A stretch of 64,000 bases of DNA. Source: Gammaproteobacteria bacterium. Lineage in GTDB: Bacteria; Pseudomonadota; Gammaproteobacteria; Steroidobacterales; UBA11654. The first letter of the stretch is position 1. Every line of letters starts with the position of its first letter. Below the pieces are notes generated by a model. The model did not search any database and was not told where the DNA came from. It saw nothing but the letters and a program-made list of their open reading frames with translations. Both the position numbers and the translations under genes were made by a program. Of this stretch, positions 48,886 through 57,420 are shown piece by piece. Where the stretch lies: NCBI GenBank assembly GCA_029244925.1, contig JAQWQE010000029.1:24749-88748 (forward strand), written 5' to 3'.

Positions 48886-51255
48886 TTAGAAGCTGTATGT
48901 GGCTTTCACTCCATAATACCTTAAATCAGGAAGACCGCCGGTTAGCACTCTATTCACACTTGGTGGCAAATAGGCAAAATCGATTAAGAACTGATAGTTG
49001 GTAAAAGTTTTATCATTCGTGAGATTCTCTCCAACTAACTCTATACGAAGATTATCTTTTATAATGCCATATCTCATATTTACTCGATTACTAGATCCTG
49101 TTTCAGTGACATTTGCATCGGTGGCATAACTACTGCCAGTGTGAAGAAGATCAGCTCTTAGATACCACTCAGTTCCGTTACTCATTTGCCCATCAAGAGT
49201 TCCTGAGACAGATCGTTGAGTCTTGGGGTTTCTTTGCTTTCTTTTCCCCATTCCACTAATGTCTGATGTTCCCAGAAGAACAGTGCAATCAGCGCAATCT
49301 GTAAGTGTTTTTATTTCAGAATCATTATTGCTTAGCGTTGCCTCTAGTTTAAAGTTGTCTGAAACTGCCCAAGCACCCTCTATTTCATAGCCTGAAAGGT
49401 CAATTTCTCCGCCTGTAGCTGTACCGCCATAAAAGACATCGCCTACAAAAGCGCCTGCTGCCTGTTGTGCTCTCCAGTCTCCTTGATAAACCGCTGCTTG
49501 CATCCAAGCTCTTCCGTCCATTAGTGAGGCTTTGATTCCGAACTCAGTCATTTCTAACTCTTCTTCTTCAATCTCTTTATAAATCCCTGACAAGGCGAGC
49601 TGATCAAGAACAGGTTGTGACTCCCCAAATAAATTAACATTGAAGCCGCCAGGTCTTGTTCCTTCTCCGTAGCTTGCATAAAGTGTTACGTCCTCATTCA
49701 TTTGATAATCAAGAGCAATCCTTGGTGTAGTGCTATTAAAAGTACCTGATACAAACTCTGCTCCGCTTGATCTTGCTTCTTGAACATCATCTTTTTGTCT
49801 TCTGCCTTCTATATTGACAGTTAGATCATCTGTAATATCGTATTCAATTGCGGCGAAAAACCCTGTTGTATCAATATCAAAAACATTGCCAAGGCTTAAT
49901 GATCTGACTGAACTAAAAATATGAAAACCACTGGTTCTCTTTCCCTCAAAGCTAAATTTACTTAGTCCCAATAACCATCTTAATCTTTGGTCTTGTGGAG
50001 AACTTACTCTGATTTCTTGGCTAAAATCTTTTAAATCTCTTCCATTAAGAAGTGAGACATCTCTGAGTGAATCTGGTACATCTGTATTATGTCTTCTATC
50101 AAGATCATCTAATGCCATCCATCGGTTATCATTAGAGGCTGTTATAGAGGTAATACTAATACCACTATCAAGCGACCAATTCATAACCAAACTAGCTTGG
50201 CTAGCCTCTCTAGCAAAACCAAAACCATGAAGAAATGGAACATCAGTAATGGTATCTATGCTGAGGCCTGCTGTAGGGATACCTGTTAATAGGCTTACCT
50301 TATTAGGACTCATTTGAGCATCATATTGAATGTTTGCATCTTGAGGAAACGGTGCTACGCCACAAAACCAATTATTGGTACCGTTTCTTGCTGCCAATGA
50401 TGAGTTAGGTAAATTGCAATTGAAAAGCGCTTCTCCATTGTTAACGCCATAACCAAAAGCTGCGCCCGGACCATCATCGTCTTCCCAGGTGTGATAGCGA
50501 AGCTTTGCATTAAAATTATCGCTTGGTTCAAAATACAAGGTTCCTGCAAAGCTAACTGTCTGTCTTGCTCCAAGTTTTAATGTTGGTGTATTAGCTGCTG
50601 TGTATTGGCCTTCTGTATCTTGTGAGCTAATCGCTATTCGATAGGCTGTTGTATCATTAATAGGGCCTTCTGTAGAGAACCCAAGGTTTGTTGTTCCATA
50701 CTTGCCTACCTCAGCAACTATTTTGCTTTTTGATTCTTGGCCAGGCGTTTTTGTCACATAATTAACAGCCCCTGAAAGAGTTGCTCTACCAAAGTAAGCG
50801 CTTTGCGGGCCTCTAACAATCTCTATTCGTTCTGCGTCTTCAAGACCAGCAATTACACTGCCGTGCATTGGTGCGCCATCAACAAAAACTGTTGCGGCTT
50901 GTTGGTGGTCGTTTTCTTGACTGATATGCATGCCTCTAATGACAAGAATTCTATTGGATCTGTCCGCTCTTCCTACAGAGTGTTCTGCAAAATGAAAGCC
51001 TGGTGTAAATGAAATAATATCTTTGAATTCGCCTATTCCTTTGTCCTCAATGTCATTAGCGCTTAGTGCTGTGATTGCTAGTGGGACATCAAGTATATTC
51101 TCTTCTCTTTTTCTTGCGGTAACTACAATCTCTTCAACCAAAGACGCGCCGTCTTGTGCGATTGTGGTTTCAGAGGTGGTTAAAGTTATACAAAAAGTAG
51201 TTACTAATACTGCTAAATATCCAATTAATGAGTTTTTTAACTTCGTTTTAAACAT
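48886..51255 (-). CDS. TonB-dependent receptor
   Basis: 789 aa. Signal peptide, plug region EEIVVTARKREENILDVPLAITAL, a Gly/Tyr-rich beta-barrel, and a terminal ...ATYSF. Confidence 0.9.
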   Translation of the reverse strand: MFKTKLKNSLIGYLAVLVTTFCITLTTSETTIAQDGASLVEEIVVTARKREENILDVPLAITALSANDIEDKGIGEFKDIISFTPGFHFAEHSVGRADRSNRILVIRGMHISQENDHQQAATVFVDGAPMHGSVIAGLEDAERIEIVRGPQSAYFGRATLSGAVNYVTKTPGQESKSKIVAEVGKYGTTNLGFSTEGPINDTTAYRIAISSQDTEGQYTAANTPTLKLGARQTVSFAGTLYFEPSDNFNAKLRYHTWEDDDGPGAAFGYGVNNGEALFNCNLPNSSLAARNGTNNWFCGVAPFPQDANIQYDAQMSPNKVSLLTGIPTAGLSIDTITDVPFLHGFGFAREASQASLVMNWSLDSGISITSITASNDNRWMALDDLDRRHNTDVPDSLRDVSLLNGRDLKDFSQEIRVSSPQDQRLRWLLGLSKFSFEGKRTSGFHIFSSVRSLSLGNVFDIDTTGFFAAIEYDITDDLTVNIEGRRQKDDVQEARSSGAEFVSGTFNSTTPRIALDYQMNEDVTLYASYGEGTRPGGFNVNLFGESQPVLDQLALSGIYKEIEEEELEMTEFGIKASLMDGRAWMQAAVYQGDWRAQQAAGAFVGDVFYGGTATGGEIDLSGYEIEGAWAVSDNFKLEATLSNNDSEIKTLTDCADCTVLLGTSDISGMGKRKQRNPKTQRSVSGTLDGQMSNGTEWYLRADLLHTGSSYATDANVTETGSSNRVNMRYGIIKDNLRIELVGENLTNDKTFTNYQFLIDFAYLPPSVNRVLTGGLPDLRYYGVKATYSF

Positions 51256-51401
51256 TACAATTCCCCGTTGTTAGTTTGTTGAATAAGGATAGCCTCTATA
51301 GGTAGAGCTCACAAGATAAAAAAAATATGTCCTAATAGTGGACAACCGATAATATTAGAAAAAACTAAAAATTTTGATGTTTGATTTTAGTGCTTTTATC
51401 T

Positions 51402-52643
51402 TTACTTTGTTTTAAGGGTTGGGTAGCTCCCAAGTGACAACATTAAAATACCGCTGATAGCAGACATCATGGCAACAGTTTTTAACACCAATGTATAATT
51501 ACCAAAATAATCAAAAGCCATGCCAAATGCTGCTGGAGCCAAACCCGCACCAATAGAAAAGAATACATAGAGTGCTCCATAAAGTTTTCCATAATCATGG
51601 AGCCCAAAGTACCGGCTCACCAAGAAGGCCAATAAATCCAACTCTGCTCCAGCTGCCAAGCCAACGACAATCATAGCGAGTGAAACCATCGTTATTGAAG
51701 GCATTGCGGTGCTGAAAACATATATTGAAAAAATAGGTGCTGTTAAAAATATTGCTGCTATCAATGGAGCCCAAAAATGATCCACCAAGAAGCCCACGAC
51801 CAGCCTTCCAGAAATCACACTAAGACCTATAAGCCCAGCATATTGTGCTGCTTGCTGTAGTGTTTTTCCCTGATCAATAAGCATTGGAACACTGTTGGTA
51901 ATCAGGCCTGCTATAGCGGCCGCAGCCAAAACCAAAGCGATGCCTATAGCCCAAAAATGATAGCTCATAATTGCCGCCCTAAATGAAATTGACTGCTGTG
52001 TGTTTGTTTCTTTTTGTTCCTTATTTATGCTCTCTTTCGAGTTATTGTTTTTGGACTCAAAAAACAGAAAATAAACGCCCGGGAATCCAATTAATGTAAT
52101 GGTAAGAGCTAGTAGTAAATAGGCTTTTTGCCAACCAAACTCGGTAATCAACCAAGTAACATAAGTTGGAGCAAGGGTTGCAGCAAATCCTGTGCCTGCC
52201 AATGTTATGCCTAATGCTATTCCACGATGTTTATCAAACCAACCGTTTACAACTCGCGTCCAAGTGACAGGCAAAGTGCCTGCCGCCAAAACTGACATGA
52301 TGCTCCATGCAAGATAGTAAGCAGATAGCGATGTGGACAAGAAGTAAAAACTACCCATTGACAACCCATATAATGGAATGGAAATAAGCGCCACTCGACG
52401 AGCTCCAAAACGATCAACCAAAACACCAACAATGGGGGCTGTAATAATGGCCATTAAAATCATAATGCTAACGCCTAGCTGAACATCGCCTCTACTCCAC
52501 CCTGTATTGCTAGAAACACTCACAACAAAAGCGCCATGAGTATAAAAACTAATTGATGACAGGCCACAACCAGCGCCAATCATAGCTCCCATAAGTGGTT
52601 TGAGGCCTGAGAAAAATTCATTATTTTGTGTCATTACTCTCAT
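51402..52643 (-). CDS. MFS transporter
   Basis: 413 aa with about 12 hydrophobic segments and the MFS loop motif GVLVDRFGARR. Confidence 0.85.
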   Translation of the reverse strand: MRVMTQNNEFFSGLKPLMGAMIGAGCGLSSISFYTHGAFVVSVSSNTGWSRGDVQLGVSIMILMAIITAPIVGVLVDRFGARRVALISIPLYGLSMGSFYFLSTSLSAYYLAWSIMSVLAAGTLPVTWTRVVNGWFDKHRGIALGITLAGTGFAATLAPTYVTWLITEFGWQKAYLLLALTITLIGFPGVYFLFFESKNNNSKESINKEQKETNTQQSISFRAAIMSYHFWAIGIALVLAAAAIAGLITNSVPMLIDQGKTLQQAAQYAGLIGLSVISGRLVVGFLVDHFWAPLIAAIFLTAPIFSIYVFSTAMPSITMVSLAMIVVGLAAGAELDLLAFLVSRYFGLHDYGKLYGALYVFFSIGAGLAPAAFGMAFDYFGNYTLVLKTVAMMSAISGILMLSLGSYPTLKTK

Positions 52644-53390
52644 TTAATGTTCAGACATAAGGCTGCCAAACCCTTTTAGTTGATCATTGATATTATTGCT
52701 TCTCAGCGCATGCCAATATGTCGCTGTGTTAATCGCTATGACTGGTTTTGCGAATTCAATTTCAAACTCTTCAACCAAACGCGCCATGGGGAGGTTTGTT
52801 CCAACCTGAACCAGTGCATCAACGCCTTTATTGTTGATTTCCTCCATTTGTTGATGAATCACATTTTTTGGAACCTCGGCAATTTGTGTCCAGCTGGGAC
52901 ATTCTAAGCAAGTGTCTGCAACCACATCAAATCCCATTTCTTCAAAGTAGCGGCGTACCTGTTCATTGGCAGCTGGGAAATAAGGGGATAAAAACCCTAT
53001 TCTTTTCACTCCGCTAAACGCCTTCAACGCTGCTGCGGTTGCATGAGAGCCAATACTTACAGACAGGTTAGATCTGTTTTCAACTTGTTGCTGAAAATCA
53101 TCAGCGCCCTTAACACCGCCATAAAAAGTAATGGCGGACATTCCCATTACCAAATAACTTGGTGAGCAGGTCATTACACTGTCTACCGCATCCAAGACGT
53201 TGCTTGCTATAACAAGTGTTGCGTTCATAAATGATTCGTTGCTGACAGCATTTGCATTGGGGGTTAATATCCGACTGTAATGATTGGTTATCCCGTTAGG
53301 CCTCATGTCATCAAATTCTGGTTGAACAACCGTGTTTGTCGATGGCCCTAAAATGCCAAACAAACCTCTCCAACCCAATATATCGCTCAT
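52644..53390 (-). CDS. Asp/Glu/hydantoin-racemase superfamily protein (maleate isomerase / arylmalonate decarboxylase-like)
   Basis: 248 aa. N-terminus LFGILGPSTNTVVQPEF, and length and pattern typical of the family. Abuts the MFS start codon. Confidence 0.65.
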   Translation of the reverse strand: MSDILGWRGLFGILGPSTNTVVQPEFDDMRPNGITNHYSRILTPNANAVSNESFMNATLVIASNVLDAVDSVMTCSPSYLVMGMSAITFYGGVKGADDFQQQVENRSNLSVSIGSHATAAALKAFSGVKRIGFLSPYFPAANEQVRRYFEEMGFDVVADTCLECPSWTQIAEVPKNVIHQQMEEINNKGVDALVQVGTNLPMARLVEEFEIEFAKPVIAINTATYWHALRSNNINDQLKGFGSLMSEH

Positions 53391-54583
53391 ACTATGTCTC
53401 TCTCTCTTTCAATGCTGCTCGTCATTGATTGTTCTAACATATACGCTCTTCTTTTAGCTTTATTAGCGTGAATAACTCTCATTTCGTCCCACTGGGATTC
53501 AAAGCTTGTTTCGCCGCTTTCTTCTATCATTTTTTTATTTCTAATTGTCTGTCTTTGTATAAAGTCATTCATAACTGCACGCCTCTGCCTATCAAACTGT
53601 CCCAATAAACCTTTGTTGTGTCCATGGTTTATTATTAAACCTAGTTTTTGGGATAAATTCCAAGCATCATGCAGCCCACTATTCATACCTAAACCGCCCA
53701 ATGGGTTATTAAGGTGTGCCGCATCTCCTATAAGAAGGATGCGTTGATGCATCATTTTATCAACAACTCTTTGATGCACCCTATATATAGTTCTGTGTAT
53801 TGTTTCTACTTTTTTTGACTCCCCTAAAACCCTTTGAAAGACTTTGTTTATGTTTTTGTCGGATACAATGTCTGAGTCTTTTATGTCATTTTCAATGGGA
53901 ACTAAAATTCTCCAGGCCGAAGGAGCTTTTAATAAGACAAACCAATCTTTTGGGTCTGAAACATAGTTAACATAAGACAAATCATTAAAATAATTTTCTA
54001 TCTTCTCTTCTGTACTTAAGGTTAAAAACTTCTCTTTGTAGGTGAACCCTGAGAAATCAATTCCCAGCTGTCGCCTTACAATGCTGTTGGCGCCATCAGC
54101 GCCTATCAAATACATTCCTTTATATGTTCTAATGCCATCAGGTGTGTTCACCTCAACACTAGCGCCTGCATCATCTTGACTAACTATTAAAACTTCATGA
54201 TTAAATAAGATTTCTGCATGAGGGTGTTCTTCTAGTTTCTCAGCTAACATTCTTGCAAACTTATATTGTTCGCACTGAAGCCTAAAAGGAAACTCCAGTG
54301 TGTCCTTTAACTCGCCAAGGTTAAAGTCTAATACCTCTTTTGAGGATCGAATGCGATATTGAAAAACAGGAGCTTTTAAACCTTGATTTATCAAGGGTTT
54401 TGCCAAACCCAGTTGCTCTAAATACGACAAAGTAGGTGGATGAAATGTAGAGGCTCGCATATCAGTTTCGCAATGCTCGGCCGACTCTAAAACCAAAACG
54501 TCTATGCCTTGCTCGGCCAGACAAAAGGCAACAAAAGTGCCCACAGGCCCAGCTCCAGCAATAATAATTTGACCTTTCATCAT
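53387..54583 (-). CDS. FAD-dependent aromatic-ring-type monooxygenase
   Basis: 398 aa. IIIAGAGPVGTF (GxGxxG) and LLIGDAAHLNNPLGGLGMNSGLHDAWNL. Confidence 0.85.
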   Translation of the reverse strand: MMKGQIIIAGAGPVGTFVAFCLAEQGIDVLVLESAEHCETDMRASTFHPPTLSYLEQLGLAKPLINQGLKAPVFQYRIRSSKEVLDFNLGELKDTLEFPFRLQCEQYKFARMLAEKLEEHPHAEILFNHEVLIVSQDDAGASVEVNTPDGIRTYKGMYLIGADGANSIVRRQLGIDFSGFTYKEKFLTLSTEEKIENYFNDLSYVNYVSDPKDWFVLLKAPSAWRILVPIENDIKDSDIVSDKNINKVFQRVLGESKKVETIHRTIYRVHQRVVDKMMHQRILLIGDAAHLNNPLGGLGMNSGLHDAWNLSQKLGLIINHGHNKGLLGQFDRQRRAVMNDFIQRQTIRNKKMIEESGETSFESQWDEMRVIHANKAKRRAYMLEQSMTSSIERERDIV

Positions 54584-54689
54584 GGTATTGGTTAATTTTT
54601 ATGGCAAAACTTAAGTCGTTATAATAATGCCTTTTAAGTTATAGCATGTAATTAGAAATTAATAGTTCTTCTTAAATATTATAGATATG

Positions 54690-54703
54690 TTGATACGTAT
54701 CAA
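54690..54703. promoter_or_regulatory. Perfect 14-bp palindrome upstream of the monooxygenase operon (candidate operator)
   Basis: TTGATACGTATCAA is its own reverse complement. It lies 107 bp upstream of the monooxygenase ATG (54583). Confidence 0.3.
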
Positions 54704-54771
54704 TGGATTATCGCTTTTATTCCCAATAGTGGGCAAGAGTAAATCGCTGGTATTTTTAAAAGAAGACCGTC

Positions 54772-55161
54772 TTATAGCTTGCCATCTTCTCTGAGTTTCT
54801 TCCTTATTTTGGTGGCACTAATGGATGTTACCCTTTCATCAAAAACCTCTTCTTCGATAGCATAACCAACGCCTCGACCATAGGTAATATTTACAACATT
54901 GGGCACCAGCATGATTTCATAGTGGGCACCTCTTTGAAAACCATCTTTGCTCAGGCCTTCTTCTATGTTCTTACACACTTGGTCCCAGTCAAACGGATTG
55001 TCGTCTTGCCCGTCACCGCCCGAGGCTCCTCCTACATCTCTGACTTGAATGATCACTTGCCCTGTTTTAGCAAAACATCTTTTAAATAATTCTTGGTGTC
55101 CTTGATGCCATGGCTGCCACCTACCTAGCATTTGTACTGTTGGTTTTTTCCAATCAAACAC
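54772..55161 (-). CDS. Small HxGH nucleotidyltransferase (NadM/cytidylyltransferase-like)
   Basis: 129 aa. GRWQPWHQGH fits the GR.QP.H.GH pattern of NadM-type NMN adenylyltransferases. C-terminal ISATKIR fits the ISSTxxR-type motif. Confidence 0.7.
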   Translation of the reverse strand: MFDWKKPTVQMLGRWQPWHQGHQELFKRCFAKTGQVIIQVRDVGGASGGDGQDDNPFDWDQVCKNIEEGLSKDGFQRGAHYEIMLVPNVVNITYGRGVGYAIEEEVFDERVTSISATKIRKKLREDGKL

Positions 55162-55564
55162 GTTCTAAGATCCTATTAGCGATTGTTGTGTGGTTTGTTT
55201 CATTCCACTCTTTAATATGAAAGTCAACACTGTCTGGGTCTTCAAATATTTTATTGGTGTCTTCAAATCTTCCCTCTTTAATAGTGTCCATAAATATAAC
55301 GATATCGGGCTGGAAAATATCTCTTGTTTCTTTTGTGGGACAGATAAAATCACAAATAACAAACCTTGAATGTGATTTTTCAAAGTCGGCAAACGATTTC
55401 ATTCTAAGGCTCTGTCTGAGTCGACCTTCAGTGCTAAAATCCCAATCATTGGCCATTTTTCTGACTTGGTCTGCGTTGTACCAAGCTGAATGCAATAAGG
55501 GTTGTAACCTTTCTGCTAGATATGTTTTTCCACTGCCGGGCAGTCCCATAATTAGAATTTTCAT
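55154..55564 (-). CDS. P-loop kinase (APS-kinase / AAA_33-like)
   Basis: 136 aa. Walker A GLPGSGKT. NADQVRKMANDWDFSTEGR resembles the APS-kinase D..VR....DLGFS..DR segment. Overlaps the downstream gene by 8 nt. Confidence 0.7.
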   Translation of the reverse strand: MKILIMGLPGSGKTYLAERLQPLLHSAWYNADQVRKMANDWDFSTEGRLRQSLRMKSFADFEKSHSRFVICDFICPTKETRDIFQPDIVIFMDTIKEGRFEDTNKIFEDPDSVDFHIKEWNETNHTTIANRILERV

Positions 55565-55601
55565 AACGGTTTTTCCATAGTAAGCATAGGGTATAACTAT
55601 T

Positions 55602-56549
55602 TTAAATCTTTTTCTCTGTTCTTAAAAACTTGAAAAAACACCACGTAGAAAACGCAGATAAAATATGCCAAATACCATGCGGCTGAATCAAAGAATCTGG
55701 CTGACAGTAAGGTGTGTCTGGAACCCCCTGTAGCCAAATTATAAACGCAAATATATAAGAAAACATGCCCACAAAGAACCAAGGACTGTAGTTTCTTTTT
55801 TTCATGGGGTGGTTTGGCGACAAGGCTGCGGGAAGCCAAAACAAAATTATCCACCAGTATTCGATTAGGTTTGTGAAGATCTCTTGTGGCAAGATTCCAA
55901 AAACAGCTGCAACAAGAAAGCCGATAAAACCAGATGCCCACCTAAAGACGGGGGACCAGAAGCGAAACAGTGTTTCGGAAATAATCCACAATGCAATGGA
56001 GGTTCCAAACAGATCAAACCCAATACCAAGACTAGAGCCAAAAAACCAACTCAGCCCAGCAAAAGAAACAATGACTAATGTATATGTTTTAAAAAATTGT
56101 TGCTCGCTCCACCGACCCATTGCACTGACATTGATAAGCCAAGGCAGTGTGATGTAAACAACCATGCTGACATTATCAATCCACTGACCCCAATAAGTAT
56201 GTGTGCCGTGCATAAGCATAGAGCCTGGACCTAAAAAAAGAGCTGCCCCAGCATAAAGCTTTGCTATAGGTGTTAGCCCATGAAATTGATTGCTGTGTTG
56301 GGGCTTCTCCCCATCTTTGGTTAAAACAAAAAACATGCACAGACCTGCAAACATAAAGCCTAGATTTGATAGGGCGTTTACTGGCTCTCTAAAAATACCA
56401 TCACTGACTCTTTCACACCATCGAGATAAACCCCCAACCGTCATCCCTGGCTCCAAGGAAACCATATTGGTTAAAAAACCCAATAAAACATATGCCCCCA
56501 AAAAGACAGCGGACAGAGTTAGCGCAAGGTGAAATGGTTTCTGGTGCAT
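55602..56549 (-). CDS. Alkaline-ceramidase-like (CREST superfamily) 7-TM membrane hydrolase
   Basis: 315 aa and polytopic. WCERVSDGIFREPVNALSNLGFMF resembles the ceramidase N-terminal WCE...AE..NT.SN motif. Also MHGTHTYWGQWIDNVSM and a C-terminal H-x3-H (PHGIWHILSA). Confidence 0.6.
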   Translation of the reverse strand: MHQKPFHLALTLSAVFLGAYVLLGFLTNMVSLEPGMTVGGLSRWCERVSDGIFREPVNALSNLGFMFAGLCMFFVLTKDGEKPQHSNQFHGLTPIAKLYAGAALFLGPGSMLMHGTHTYWGQWIDNVSMVVYITLPWLINVSAMGRWSEQQFFKTYTLVIVSFAGLSWFFGSSLGIGFDLFGTSIALWIISETLFRFWSPVFRWASGFIGFLVAAVFGILPQEIFTNLIEYWWIILFWLPAALSPNHPMKKRNYSPWFFVGMFSYIFAFIIWLQGVPDTPYCQPDSLIQPHGIWHILSAFSTWCFFKFLRTEKKI

Positions 56550-56636
56550 ATAGGTTTTTATTTTCTCATATTTTCAATTAAACATAAAAAAACCAGCTAT
56601 TGATTAAAATAGATGGTTTTTATTTAATAATGAATT

Positions 56637-57350
56637 TTATTGTTCAGCAGAATAAAAAAGCTGGCATGATTCATATGTGTCTCTCACAACTTTATCAATA
56701 AGTGAGGATGCTTTAAGGTATTGTTGCCCCCATTCTGCGCCTGCAAAATACTCGTCTATCAGCCTGCCTGCCTCACTAGAGTTTGGAGAGACTCCTCGCA
56801 ATAAAAAAGTTCCTGTTTCATGAACACCTCCACCAAGCGGTTGGAAAACACCCATATTAAAATCATGGCCTGCATTTCTAATTGCTGCTTCTAACTTTGT
56901 TGCTGCAGCGATATAAGCGGGAACGTTTTCAGGTTTAATTTTTACACGTGTCACTCTTTCAAAGCCAGGGCTTAAAACAAATGGCTTTAGCGGCTTCCAT
57001 GCCACTCTATACTTAAGGGTTCTGAGTTTTGCCAATTCTTTTGATACTTCATCAAGGTCATAAGCTGTGGTTTCTTCCATGGCCCCTGTTACAGTAGAAT
57101 GGGCGCTCCAAACGAACATTTCTCCATTATAATCTTGGCCTGTTATGGTTACGCAAACACCGGCGGCGGCGGCATCAAATCCCCTAAAAAGCTCTGGGTT
57201 ATTTTTTAAATGCTTAATGTAGGCTGAGACGTCTGGTGCCTGAACCATAACCGTTGTAAAACTTCCTTCGCCAGGTCCAGAAAGATTATGGCCATCCGCA
57301 AAGGCGTAAAAGGGTAAGATTACAACCATGGATAAAATAAATTTCTTCAT
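56637..57350 (-). CDS. Secreted protein of unknown function with an internal duplication
   Basis: 237 aa. Signal peptide MKKFILSMVVILPFYAFA. Two ~100-aa halves share ...V.V.APDVSAYI... / ...VKIKPENVPAYI... and following G-rich strands. Confidence 0.5.
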   Translation of the reverse strand: MKKFILSMVVILPFYAFADGHNLSGPGEGSFTTVMVQAPDVSAYIKHLKNNPELFRGFDAAAAGVCVTITGQDYNGEMFVWSAHSTVTGAMEETTAYDLDEVSKELAKLRTLKYRVAWKPLKPFVLSPGFERVTRVKIKPENVPAYIAAATKLEAAIRNAGHDFNMGVFQPLGGGVHETGTFLLRGVSPNSSEAGRLIDEYFAGAEWGQQYLKASSLIDKVVRDTYESCQLFYSAEQ

Positions 57351-57420
57351 ATTGCTTCCTTATTTTTTATAATGTCATTATTAAATCATAGCGACATAAA
57401 AAATTCTTAAAAAGAATTTC

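Noticed and set aside
55597-56157. A 114-aa same-strand off-frame ORF and 117/64-aa antisense ORFs overlapping the ceramidase-like gene.
   Set aside because: The 315-aa frame has coherent TM segments and family motifs. The others lack any and are fully nested in it.
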